Source of the DNA: an uncultured Nitrospira sp.
GTDB taxonomy: Bacteria > Nitrospirota > Nitrospiria > Nitrospirales > Nitrospiraceae
Assembly (NCBI GenBank): GCA_964641915.1
Contig: CAZXNN010000001.1
Coordinates: 1-53,222, forward strand
Direction: 5' to 3'
Length of the DNA stretch: 53,222 nt
Numbering within the stretch: the first letter of the stretch is position 1; every line of letters starts with the position of its first letter. The translations under genes were made by a program, and so were the position numbers. Under the pieces are notes generated by a model. The model was given only the letters and a program-made list of their open reading frames with translations, made no database searches and was not told the origin of the DNA. Of this stretch, positions 1 through 9,386 are shown piece after piece.

Positions 1-49
1 CAAACGGAAGCGGAGCAGCTGTCGGAGGAATGGTTCGTTGCGGCGTCAT
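1..49 (-). CDS. 5' end of next gene in the operon (truncated by window); possibly DegT/DnrJ/EryC1/StrS-type aminotransferase
   Basis: ATG at 49 overlaps the TGA of the FemAB-like gene (ATGA coupling) and reads MTPQRTIPPTAAPLPF. Only 16 codons are visible, so the product is a weak guess. Confidence 0.4.
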   Translation of the reverse strand, partial: MTPQRTIPPTAAPLPF

Positions 50-1080
50 GGCAGATACTTCACAAGATGCGGACCAACCAGATTTGCAACCGGCACCGGA
101 AGACGTTTCCACAGGGCAATGGCCGCCTTGTATTTGGGGTTATCCGGATTCAACTCCGGAATCCTGCGCCCCTCGGAGAGCCAGTAGTACCAGTGCAACT
201 GGTGAGGCTGCGCGCCCCATTGCGCTTTGAAGCGATAGGTTCCGCTGTCGACGGAGGAGCGGCCAAAATCAAACTCCTTGAATCCCTCTCGACAGGCAAA
301 CTCCAGAACGGCCCCATACAAGAGCATGTTGGGAGACAGTCGGCTGAATCGCTTATCTGAGGCCGCCCAGGGGATTTCCAGCCTGTTTCGAAAGCCGTAG
401 AGGAGCCCTGAAGCAAGCGGAGCTCCGTTGAGCGAGACCACGCACAATCGCACTTCTTTGGGAAAGGTCTTAAGGATGGCTTCAAAGAATCCCTTCTCAT
501 ACACCGGCGTACCAAGGTCCCGCATACATCGGGCAAAGACACGATAATAATCCCCCAGCAGCTCCGTGCCGCCGATCCTGACCTCCATCCCCTCCTTCTG
601 CGCCCTCCGCACCTGGCTGCGCAACTTGGAAGGAAAGGCCTTGAGTAGGGTTTCGTAGTCCGAAGGGAGCGCGAGGCGCATCGAGACTTTTTTCGATCGG
701 ACGGGCCACTCTGTTGCAAGCGGCTCTTCCTGCCTCAATTCGATATGCGCCGCGCCAACTTCCTGAGCCGTGACCGCCGCAGCGTTCAGCAGGGTACGAG
801 CCGCCTCCGCATCATCAGCCAATACTCCGCCATAGTTGAAGAACGCCATCGACGTGAGGAATTGCCCGAACATCGGACTCTTCGTGAAGATAAGGGGGAG
901 GACACCGCGGACTTTCCCCTCTTCATCCTTGGCCATCAGGTAGGGAGTAGAGTGGCCAAATACCTTTCGAATGACACCCCGCCAGGCAAGCAGGTGATAG
1001 CCTGACGCCCGCGGGTGATTCAGTACGTACTGATCCCACGAGGCTTCGTCATACGCATCCTGGAGAGGTACGATGTTCAC
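46..1080 (-). CDS. FemAB-related (GNAT-fold) protein, XrtA/PEP-CTERM system-associated
   Basis: ORF 46..1110, likely GTG start at 1080. Motifs WDQYV..HP, FFNYGGVLAD, KLRSQVRRA, MRDLGTPV, FDFGRS, GTYRFKAQWGA and LNPDNPKY are typical of this family. Confidence 0.9.
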   Translation of the reverse strand: MNIVPLQDAYDEASWDQYVLNHPRASGYHLLAWRGVIRKVFGHSTPYLMAKDEEGKVRGVLPLIFTKSPMFGQFLTSMAFFNYGGVLADDAEAARTLLNAAAVTAQEVGAAHIELRQEEPLATEWPVRSKKVSMRLALPSDYETLLKAFPSKLRSQVRRAQKEGMEVRIGGTELLGDYYRVFARCMRDLGTPVYEKGFFEAILKTFPKEVRLCVVSLNGAPLASGLLYGFRNRLEIPWAASDKRFSRLSPNMLLYGAVLEFACREGFKEFDFGRSSVDSGTYRFKAQWGAQPHQLHWYYWLSEGRRIPELNPDNPKYKAAIALWKRLPVPVANLVGPHLVKYLP

Positions 1081-1122
1081 GGGATCCCGCCTTATCGCGC
1101 ATTCAAGCACATGAAGAAGCAG

Positions 1123-2358
1123 TTAGACTGTCTGTCGCTCGCGGGACTCGCGAGATTCCATCACAGTCTGAATGGCCTTCTCTAAGGCCTGGCCCATCGC
1201 CGCCCACGAATACTGACTCTGAACGCGGGCCAAGCCGTTGCCCGCCAGCCTGCTGACCGTTTTCGGATCTGAAAGCAATCCCACAACCTTCTCCGCAAAG
1301 GCCCGCGGTTCATCGGCGAGCAACACCTCGCGATTGTCGGCGAGATCCAACCCGTCTATGCTCAGCGATGTCGCGACGATCGGTTTCTGCATCGCCATCG
1401 CCGCGAGGATTTTGTTCTTCACCCCCGACCCATATCTCAACGGACACACAAATACCGCGGCCTGACTCAGATAAGGCCGTACATCCTCGACCTTCCCCGT
1501 CACGTGAACGCCGGCCATTCGCCCCAGCTCCTTGATCCGGTCCGTCGGATCGCTGCCGACGATCCAAAATTCCGCCTTGGGGCGTTGTTCAAGAATCAGA
1601 GGAAAAATCTCCTGCGCAAAAAACAGCGCCGCATCTTCATTGGGGGCATACCCCATCACGCCGGTAAAGACAATCTTGTCGGCATCGACATGCGAATGGT
1701 CCGGAGCAAAATACCCCATATCGACGCCGTTCGTAATCGTGAGGGTGTTGATTCCCGTTGAGAGCTCTCTAATCACCTGTTCATCGACAGAAGAATTCGT
1801 GACTACCAGGCCGAACTTCCGCCCGAGGGAACCCTCCAGCTGCTGTATTTTCAACAGGTGGACGGAGATGGCGAGATGCTGCCGCCACCCTCTGGTCGTC
1901 TTGAGCACTCTCCTGGCCATGAGTGTCATCGAATCATGCAGGTCGATAAATGCGGGAACGCCGAGTCCAGGGTCGACGTACTGCCCCATAGGGAGCAAGT
2001 CGACGTACACCAGATCGCAGCGATTCCTGCTACACATCTCACGAACCCTGCTGCGAATGGCCTGGTAATACTCTGGAAACCGGAAGCGCGTTTGAAAGTT
2101 GGCTGCCAAATGCAGCCTATGCCACTGCTGCCCCCACCAGGTCATGGCCGGCGGATCAGGCAAGATCTCAACCGCTGAAAACACTTTGGCTGCTGTGGGA
2201 TCGCTCAGAAAGGATTGCTGCCGCTCGCGGGAAGAACAATAGGTGAGGAGATACAGTTCATGCTGCCGGGAGAGTTCCCGGCAGAGATTGAACAGCCGAG
2301 GAGATCCCGGCATCTTCGACGTCGCGGGAATATCTGGAGCCAATACGAGTATTTTCAT
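1123..2358 (-). CDS. GT4 glycosyltransferase, PEP-CTERM/XrtA-associated type
   Basis: TNGVD, IVFTGVMGYAPNEDA, VTGKVEDVRPYL, PLRYGSGVKNKILAAMAM. ATG at 2358 (MKILVL). Confidence 0.88.
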   Translation of the reverse strand: MKILVLAPDIPATSKMPGSPRLFNLCRELSRQHELYLLTYCSSRERQQSFLSDPTAAKVFSAVEILPDPPAMTWWGQQWHRLHLAANFQTRFRFPEYYQAIRSRVREMCSRNRCDLVYVDLLPMGQYVDPGLGVPAFIDLHDSMTLMARRVLKTTRGWRQHLAISVHLLKIQQLEGSLGRKFGLVVTNSSVDEQVIRELSTGINTLTITNGVDMGYFAPDHSHVDADKIVFTGVMGYAPNEDAALFFAQEIFPLILEQRPKAEFWIVGSDPTDRIKELGRMAGVHVTGKVEDVRPYLSQAAVFVCPLRYGSGVKNKILAAMAMQKPIVATSLSIDGLDLADNREVLLADEPRAFAEKVVGLLSDPKTVSRLAGNGLARVQSQYSWAAMGQALEKAIQTVMESRESRERQTV

Positions 2359-2398
2359 CGCCAACTACCCAGGAAAACAACGCACTCTCCTCGTCTCA

Positions 2399-3718
2399 TC
2401 ACCAACAGATACCGTCATAGGACGCCGTCAGACCCTCCCGGCCTTCGATCCGCGCCAAATCGATAATAAGCTGGTCCTGGCGCATGCGTTTCAACGCCGG
2501 AAGGAACTCGGCCGACGCATATCCGACAACCACGACTTGGGCCGCATCCACGAGATCAGCCGCCTGGTCGACCAGCAGTGAAGACAAATGGGGAATATGC
2601 TCTTCGATAAACCGCTTATTCGCGCCGATCAAGCGGCTGGTCGCCACATTCTTATCATAAATTTTGACCTGAAACCCCTTGCCGAGCAACGTCTCGATGA
2701 CTTCGACCAGCGGACTCTCCCGGAGATCGTCGGTGTCCGGTTTGAATGTCATACCAAGAAATCCGACCTTTTTCTTTCCCAATCCCACGATCCGCTGAAT
2801 CACGCCCTTAATATGCGCGGCATTGCTCTGCAAGATCGCATTCAACACCGGGACATCCACATCCGTCCGTTTGGCCTGATACGACAGCGCGCGAAGATCT
2901 TTCGGAAGACAGGATCCTCCAAACGCAAAACCCGGCTTCAAATACACTTTCGACAAGTTCAACTTCGTATCCTGGCAGAAGATGTCCATGACCGCATGGC
3001 TGTCAATATCGAGCCGTTTGCAGATATTTCCAATCTCGTTCGCAAACGTCACTTTCAGAGCATGAAAGGCATTATCGGAATACTTCACCATCTCTGCAGC
3101 GCGGATCGACGTCCGAATGGTCGGCGCGGTGATACCGGCATAGATTTCCTCAACGACATCGCCCTCGCCGGCCTGCCGCTCGCCGATCACAATCTTCGGA
3201 GGATGGTAATAGTCTTTCACCGAGGTTCCCTCACGGAGAAACTCGGGGTTGTAACAGACAAACAGGCCGTTACCGACCGTCTTTCCCGAATATTTCTCAA
3301 GAATGGGGATCGCCACGTCTTCCGTCGTTCCCGGCAGAGTCGTGCTTCGAAACACCACCGTATGCGGAGTCTTCTTGTCACGCAGCGCCTTGCCGATATC
3401 TTCGCACACCCGCTTCATGTGCGTGAGATCGAGACTGCCGTTGGCCTGACTCGGCGTCCCCACGCAAATGAACGAGACATCGGTGTTCTGAATTCCTTCA
3501 GCCGATGACACCGTGGCTTGTAACAACCCTTGCTTCTGCGCTTTCGCGATAAAGTCCGAGATGTCGGGTTCAACGATGGGAGCGGCCCCTGAATTGATCG
3601 AGGCCACCTTGTCGGCGTTGACGTCGACGCCCCAGACTGTGTGCCCACTGGAGGCCAGACAGCCAGCCGAAACGGTTCCCACATATCCCAGGCCGAAAAC
3701 ACTGATTTTCATCCCCAT
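2399..3718 (-). CDS. algD: NDP-sugar 6-dehydrogenase, GDP-mannose 6-dehydrogenase (AlgD)-like
   Basis: GLGYVG Rossmann motif, NPEFLREG, catalytic FGGSCLPKD, TDDLRESP, AlgD-like GANKRFIEEHIPHLSSLL and C-terminal GICW. RBS GAGGAG. Substrate not certain. Confidence 0.85.
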   Translation of the reverse strand: MGMKISVFGLGYVGTVSAGCLASSGHTVWGVDVNADKVASINSGAAPIVEPDISDFIAKAQKQGLLQATVSSAEGIQNTDVSFICVGTPSQANGSLDLTHMKRVCEDIGKALRDKKTPHTVVFRSTTLPGTTEDVAIPILEKYSGKTVGNGLFVCYNPEFLREGTSVKDYYHPPKIVIGERQAGEGDVVEEIYAGITAPTIRTSIRAAEMVKYSDNAFHALKVTFANEIGNICKRLDIDSHAVMDIFCQDTKLNLSKVYLKPGFAFGGSCLPKDLRALSYQAKRTDVDVPVLNAILQSNAAHIKGVIQRIVGLGKKKVGFLGMTFKPDTDDLRESPLVEVIETLLGKGFQVKIYDKNVATSRLIGANKRFIEEHIPHLSSLLVDQAADLVDAAQVVVVGYASAEFLPALKRMRQDQLIIDLARIEGREGLTASYDGICW

Positions 3719-3774
3719 CGCTCTCTCCTCGCTCTAGACTCGCTCACTCGGTTCTTTCTGCCGACACAGGGCTA

Positions 3775-4779
3775 TCAAATGACCTGGCGGAAGTACTCGA
3801 TCGTCTTTCGCAGACCATCCTCCAACTCGACTTTCGGCTCCCATCCGAGAAATTCCTTGGCGCGCCGAATATCCGGCCGGCGCACCTTGGGATCATCTAT
3901 CGGTAAGGGCTTATGCTCGATCTTGCTCTTCGAGCCAGTGAGCTTGAGCACCAATTCCGCAATCTGCTTCACCGTCAACTCCCGTGGATTCCCGATGTTC
4001 ACGGGGTCGTGCATCGTTTCCTTCAGGGGCTGGTCCGACTTCGTCAAGAACGTGGATCGGTCGGTCCGTTCAGCCACAGACTTATCGGAATCGATCAGCA
4101 GAAGCTCCGTAATGCCCCGCACAAGATCATCGACATAGCAGAAACTGCGCGTCTGGTTGCCGTCCCCGAAAATAGTCAGCGCTTTGCCTTGGAGCGCTTG
4201 CACGACAAAATTCGACACCACCCGGCCGTCGTGCGGACGCATCCGCGGGCCATAGGTATTGAAGATACGGACAATCCTGGTATCCACGCCGTGGTAACGG
4301 TGATAGGCCATCGTCATGGCTTCGGCAAAGCGTTTCGCTTCATCATACACGCCACGCGCGCCGATCGGATTCACATTCCCCCAGTAGGACTCCGGCTGTG
4401 GATTGAGCAAGGGATCGCCGTAGACTTCCGATGTGCTGGCTAACAGCAGCCGAGCCCCTTTCGCTTTGGCCAGGCCCAACACTTTGTGCGTGCCCAGCGC
4501 CCCGACTTTCAGCGTCGCAATGGGCATCTCAAGATAGTCTTGCGGGCTCGCCGGAGAAGCAAAGTGTAAGATCGCATCAAGTTGCCCGTCGATGTGAATG
4601 TAGTCACAGATGTTGTACTTGATAAAACTAAACTTGGGGTTCCCCATTAAATGCGTGATATTTTCAACACGTCCGGTAATCAGGTTGTCCATCGCCACAA
4701 CCTCGTGGCCTTTGCCGATCAAAAGATCGCTCAAATGACTCCCGAGAAATCCCGCTCCGCCTGTAATCAGAACCCTCAT
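3775..4779 (-). CDS. uxs: UDP-glucuronic acid decarboxylase (UDP-xylose synthase) family SDR
   Basis: [60 protein letters not shown]. Confidence 0.92.
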   Translation of the reverse strand: MRVLITGGAGFLGSHLSDLLIGKGHEVVAMDNLITGRVENITHLMGNPKFSFIKYNICDYIHIDGQLDAILHFASPASPQDYLEMPIATLKVGALGTHKVLGLAKAKGARLLLASTSEVYGDPLLNPQPESYWGNVNPIGARGVYDEAKRFAEAMTMAYHRYHGVDTRIVRIFNTYGPRMRPHDGRVVSNFVVQALQGKALTIFGDGNQTRSFCYVDDLVRGITELLLIDSDKSVAERTDRSTFLTKSDQPLKETMHDPVNIGNPRELTVKQIAELVLKLTGSKSKIEHKPLPIDDPKVRRPDIRRAKEFLGWEPKVELEDGLRKTIEYFRQVI

Positions 4780-4856
4780 CTTCTTTCCTCCCTACGGACT
4801 CTGCTCATCCCTATTGTGCCCACGCTTCTCTGTAGTCCCTCACTATCAGAAACACG

Positions 4857-6290
4857 CTACATGCCTTTCCCAATATTGTCAGCTTTTTTAAATATCAGTG
4901 CACCGCTAGGCAATTCAGCCAGCTGCGTATCCACAGCATCAGCCGCCAGACGATTCGAATATTCATTTGGATGCCGGTCGAGAGCATTTACAGTCAATTG
5001 ATCATACCGATACTCTGCAAAGGCGTTATCAATCGGCAAAGTTGGAATCCCAACCTTGGTTGTTTCCTCAACAAATGATCTGTACCGCGTGCGCACAGCC
5101 GCATCGGCAACGGTTGAAATATCGAAAGGAACGACGACCACGAGCCCTCCCATACCCACTCCAATAGATACAAACTCTATCAAATCCCCGATATGAGGCT
5201 TCAACAAACTACTATCTCGATAAGGATCGTACCCATTTTCTCCGTTATTGGGAAAACGGTACGACATCAACCGGGAACGCACATACAGTTCTTGAAATAA
5301 GAATGAATTCTTGAACAAAAGACGGAACGGGTTTGCACGGTCAAACCAAGAGATCGGGGCTTCCGATACACCTTCTCTCGATGTCACAGACTTCATATAG
5401 TCGATATCATTAAAGACATAGAGCAGAACGATCAGATCCGGCTTGTACTTCACCATCGACTGCAAGAACTTGAGGTGGTCCAGCGTGTGGGTATCGGGGC
5501 GACTCGCGTTCATAGACTCCCATTCAATCCCGGTCCGCTCTCTAAGTCTCAGAGCCAATAACTCACCGAATCGATCCTCGACTTTCTTTATGCCCCACCC
5601 ATACGCATAAGAATCTCCGACAACTAGCAGGCGACGACTACGAGGGTCACGGGAGACTCTATGATCTTCATCGCGGAAACCTGCCTGATTGAGCCGAACA
5701 TGCTGACGGGTCCAGAGCGTGCTTGAATAGGTCGGAAACCCTTGAACGACGGGCTCGATGCATCGTGCTATACGAGCAACCCCTTCACCTAGCAGAAGCA
5801 ATGCGGCCATGGACCAGAGTGCGAGCCCAAGATTTATCCACTTTGACTCACGATACTTCCAAAGAATAAGCCCTGCAGCAAGCCCCGCCTGCGTCAAGGC
5901 CACCCATTCAAGCATGGCGGCCATCGGCACAGCGGATCCAATAACATTTAAATCTGCTATTCGTCCCCCATCGGTCTGATTGTCCAAAGCGCTGATAAGA
6001 TACCCCCCGCCCCACAGCAGAAGTCCAAAATCAGCCAGAGCAGCACTCGATGAGACCGTTGTACAAGCTCCTGCCCTACCGCGCCTCAAGCAACTACCGA
6101 TCGAGACACCGACGAGAACCATCACACCAAGCACAACTCCAGCAAAAGGGTACGACCACTTTCCGAGCACGTCGTGGTGCTCAAATGAGCGATACGTCAT
6201 GACTCCGATAAGAAGAAGCACTAGCGCCAAGACTCTCGCGACTCTCAGCTGAACAAAAGATTGGCACATGCGAGGCAGTGAGAATGGCAT
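4857..6290 (-). CDS. Membrane-anchored SGNH/GDSL-family protein
   Basis: About 5 N-terminal hydrophobic segments, then GDSYAYGWG (block I), LLYVFND (block III) and DRHPN (block V). Start placed at ATG 6290 because the longer ORF overlaps the carbamoyltransferase. Confidence 0.8.
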   Translation of the reverse strand: MPFSLPRMCQSFVQLRVARVLALVLLLIGVMTYRSFEHHDVLGKWSYPFAGVVLGVMVLVGVSIGSCLRRGRAGACTTVSSSAALADFGLLLWGGGYLISALDNQTDGGRIADLNVIGSAVPMAAMLEWVALTQAGLAAGLILWKYRESKWINLGLALWSMAALLLLGEGVARIARCIEPVVQGFPTYSSTLWTRQHVRLNQAGFRDEDHRVSRDPRSRRLLVVGDSYAYGWGIKKVEDRFGELLALRLRERTGIEWESMNASRPDTHTLDHLKFLQSMVKYKPDLIVLLYVFNDIDYMKSVTSREGVSEAPISWFDRANPFRLLFKNSFLFQELYVRSRLMSYRFPNNGENGYDPYRDSSLLKPHIGDLIEFVSIGVGMGGLVVVVPFDISTVADAAVRTRYRSFVEETTKVGIPTLPIDNAFAEYRYDQLTVNALDRHPNEYSNRLAADAVDTQLAELPSGALIFKKADNIGKGM

Positions 6291-6315
6291 GTTAGACCGC
6301 AAGATTCCGCCCTCA

Positions 6316-8160
6316 TTAATCGAGTTCGAACTCATTCTTCCAATCCGAGTCCCCTTCAAGCGGCTTCTGATCTGTCTTATACAGCACACAGTTCTCCAGC
6401 ACGAGCACATCCATCTCCGTCCGCATGAAACAGCGATACGCATCTTCAGGAGTATGGACAATCGGCTCGCCTCGCACATTGAACGAGGTATTCACGAGCA
6501 CGGCATAGCCGGTTTGCGCTTCAAAGGCCTTCAGCAACTTATGGTAACGAGGGTTGGTCTCCTCGTGGACCGTTTGGACTCGCGCGGAATAATCCAGGTG
6601 CGTGACCGAGGGAATGTCCGATCGTTGAACGTTCAAGAGATCGATACCCCATAAATCTTTTTGCGTCGTCGTCTTGGGGCAACGCCGTTTCTCGAGGACC
6701 GGGGCCACGATGAGCATGTACGGACTATCGGATTGCAAGTCAAAGTAGTCCGAGACCCGCTCCCGGAGTACCGAAGGAGCAAAGGGTCGGAACGACTCGC
6801 GATACTTAATCTTAAGATTCATCACCGACTGCATCTTGGTACTGCGGGCATCCCCCAGGATACTTCGCCCCCCGAGGGATCGCGGACCGAATTCCATCCG
6901 GCCCTGAAGCCATCCCACCACCTTTTCAGCCGCAAGACCTTCGGCCACTTGTTCGAACAACGCCGCATCATCAAGCCGGACATACGGCGCCGCTTTCGAT
7001 TGCAAGAATGCCTCGATCTCGGCGTTGGTGAAGGCGGGCCCCAGATAGGTCCCCTTCATCTTGTCCTGCTTGTTATCCGACAGACGGGGCTTGCCTTCAA
7101 ACTGATGCCACACGGATAAGGCCGCTCCGAGGGCTCCTCCCGCATCGCCGGCCGCGGGCTGAATCCACAGACCTTTATGCGGCCCTTCTCGCAGGATTCG
7201 GCCGTTTCCCACACAATTCAGTGCAACTCCTCCGGCTAGACATAAATTCTCCACGCCTGTCTCACGATGAAGCGTCCGGGCCAAACGGAGCATCACTTCT
7301 TCGGTCACCTCCTGAACAGATCGAGCCAAATCCATCTCACGCTGCCCTAACTTGGCCTCCGGCGTCCGGGGCGGGCCGCCGAAAATATGGTCGAACTTCC
7401 GGCTCGTCATCGTGAGGCCCGTGCAATAGTTGAAGTACTCCATGTTCAAACGGAACGTCCCGTCCGGCTTCACATCGATCAAATGCTCATAGATGGCCTT
7501 GACGTACTTCGGCTCGCCATACGGGGCAAGCCCCATCACCTTGTACTCGCCGGAATTCACCTTGAATCCCGTGTAGTAGGTGAACGCGGAGTACAGCAGA
7601 CCCAGGGAATGCGGGAACGGAATCTCCCACAATGGAGTGAGGGTATTCCCCTGCCCTTGCCAGGCCGATGTCGTCGCCCATTCCCCCACCCCATCCATAC
7701 AGAGCACCACGGCCGAGTCGTAGGGGGACGCAAAAAATGCGGATGCGGCATGGGACTCGTGATGCTCAGAAAACAATAACTGAGGCAACTCGCTCTTGTT
7801 CATCCCCTCCCCATGCTTCATAAACTCATCCCGCAGGAGGGTCTTCAGGAGCAGCTTTTCTTTCATCCACACCGGCATTGCCGCCAGAAACGACTGGAGG
7901 CCGGCCGGGGCGAAGGCCAGGTAGGTTTCCAATAAGCGCTCGAACTTCACGAGGGGCTTGTCGTAGAAGACCAGCCGATCGACATCCTTGAAGCGAATTC
8001 CGCCTGCCTGCAGGCAATAGTCGATCGCCCGATGCGGAAATCCGGGATCATGCTTCTTCCTGGTAAATCGCTCTTCCTGAGCCGCGGCGACAATCTCACC
8101 ATCGCGCACGAGGCACGCGGCACTGTCATGATAATACGCTGAGATACCAATGATATTCAT
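6316..8160 (-). CDS. O-carbamoyltransferase (NodU/CmcH/SxtI family)
   Basis: IGISAYYHDSAA, AQEERFTRKKHD, EHHESHAASAF, DGVGEW, GEYKVMGLAPYG, GGVALNC, EFGPRSLGGRS, KYRESFRPFAP, NTSFNVRGEPIV. ATG at 8160. Confidence 0.95.
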   Translation of the reverse strand: MNIIGISAYYHDSAACLVRDGEIVAAAQEERFTRKKHDPGFPHRAIDYCLQAGGIRFKDVDRLVFYDKPLVKFERLLETYLAFAPAGLQSFLAAMPVWMKEKLLLKTLLRDEFMKHGEGMNKSELPQLLFSEHHESHAASAFFASPYDSAVVLCMDGVGEWATTSAWQGQGNTLTPLWEIPFPHSLGLLYSAFTYYTGFKVNSGEYKVMGLAPYGEPKYVKAIYEHLIDVKPDGTFRLNMEYFNYCTGLTMTSRKFDHIFGGPPRTPEAKLGQREMDLARSVQEVTEEVMLRLARTLHRETGVENLCLAGGVALNCVGNGRILREGPHKGLWIQPAAGDAGGALGAALSVWHQFEGKPRLSDNKQDKMKGTYLGPAFTNAEIEAFLQSKAAPYVRLDDAALFEQVAEGLAAEKVVGWLQGRMEFGPRSLGGRSILGDARSTKMQSVMNLKIKYRESFRPFAPSVLRERVSDYFDLQSDSPYMLIVAPVLEKRRCPKTTTQKDLWGIDLLNVQRSDIPSVTHLDYSARVQTVHEETNPRYHKLLKAFEAQTGYAVLVNTSFNVRGEPIVHTPEDAYRCFMRTEMDVLVLENCVLYKTDQKPLEGDSDWKNEFELD

Positions 8161-8186
8161 GATGAGATGATCACCCTTTCTGCAGA

Positions 8187-9386
8187 TCAAGAACTGCGAG
8201 CAGCTCGGTACTTGCCGGATACGACGGCGGTCATAATATGATCAACACGGTCCGCAATCGCATTCCAGCTAAATTCACGAAGCGCGCGTTCCCTTCCCTG
8301 TGTCCCCATCCTTTCAGCATCTTCTTTGCGGGTCAGTAACCGACACACTGCCTCAGCCAGCATCTCCGGACTGTCAGGTTGGACAAGAAGGCCTGTCACT
8401 CCGTCAACCACAGCATCAGCGATCCCCCCGGATTTTCCCGCAACCACAGGCTTCCCGCAGGCGTTGGCCTCCAGATACACCATACCGAATCCCTCTACGT
8501 CACAGGCATCGATATCAGCCCGACTCGGCATGACAAAAACATCACATAACCCATAGACACCGGGAAGCTCGGCAGCCCCGACATTCTCCAAGAACAAGAC
8601 GTTTTTCTGAAGCCCTAAGCTGACTACGAGCTGATCCAGCATCGGTTTGGCCGGACCACTGCCTACAATAAGATAGCACGCGTCCGGAATACGCTTGAGA
8701 ACCTGCGGCAACGCCCGGATCATCAAGTCTTGCCCCTTCCGTGCGACCAGCCTGCCCACTGACAGAATGACTTTGCCTTGCGCATGAACCCCAAGAATGG
8801 TTTTCCGAAACTCGTTCGAAACAGAGGCAGGTTGAAATCGTGTGACATCGCAACCCGGATGCACAATCTCAATTCGTTCGAGTTCAACCCCTGCCTGATT
8901 CACAAGACCGGCGGTAAATCGGCTGTTCGCCAAAACACAATCTGCACTGCGGATCGCTCGTCGATGTCCATCCCAGCGAGCCTGCATGGCATCCAGTATT
9001 TCATTCCCATGCGCATAGATTACATACGGTCGCTGCATCCACTTTTGCATCCATAAGCCAAAGTGGCCTTCATACACCGTCGCAAGCTGTACGGCTCGGG
9101 GGCGCTCCCGCGCCATGATTTCAGCGATTGCCGCAACCCACCCCACAGCCTGAACATACTTTGGTTTGGCAAATGCAAGCGGCCGGCGATACAACCCTGC
9201 CGTGAGCCTATCCGCTTGTCGATCTCTCTGAGCTCGAACACCCGTGAGGCAACAGACACGATTTGGCCCTAATGCAGACACCATGGATGACATAAAGTGT
9301 GAGATGCCGCCGACATTCGGAGGATAGTAGCCGCTGCTGATTAACAACGACTTCATGGAACTTCGCGCTTCAGGGATTGGGTTCAT
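8187..9386 (-). CDS. GT4 glycosyltransferase (PimB-like)
   Basis: YYPPNVGGI, HGNE, ANSRFT, SVGRLVARKG, EGFGMVYLEANACGKPVV, GGIADAV. Start at ATG 9386 or 9356. Confidence 0.9.
   Translation of the reverse strand: MNPIPEARSSMKSLLISSGYYPPNVGGISHFMSSMVSALGPNRVCCLTGVRAQRDRQADRLTAGLYRRPLAFAKPKYVQAVGWVAAIAEIMARERPRAVQLATVYEGHFGLWMQKWMQRPYVIYAHGNEILDAMQARWDGHRRAIRSADCVLANSRFTAGLVNQAGVELERIEIVHPGCDVTRFQPASVSNEFRKTILGVHAQGKVILSVGRLVARKGQDLMIRALPQVLKRIPDACYLIVGSGPAKPMLDQLVVSLGLQKNVLFLENVGAAELPGVYGLCDVFVMPSRADIDACDVEGFGMVYLEANACGKPVVAGKSGGIADAVVDGVTGLLVQPDSPEMLAEAVCRLLTRKEDAERMGTQGRERALREFSWNAIADRVDHIMTAVVSGKYRAARSS

Noticed and set aside
2588-3508. 306-aa plus-strand ORF, and the other plus-strand ORFs in the track such as 28690..29424, 34494..35273 and 49804..50613
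   Set aside because: These are antisense shadows of convincing minus-strand genes. No plus-strand gene is supported in this window.
6316-8160. Possible toxin or antibiotic cluster (SxtI-like carbamoyltransferase, C-methyltransferase)
   Set aside because: No PKS/NRPS or other scaffold genes. The context is entirely cell-surface glycan synthesis and export.
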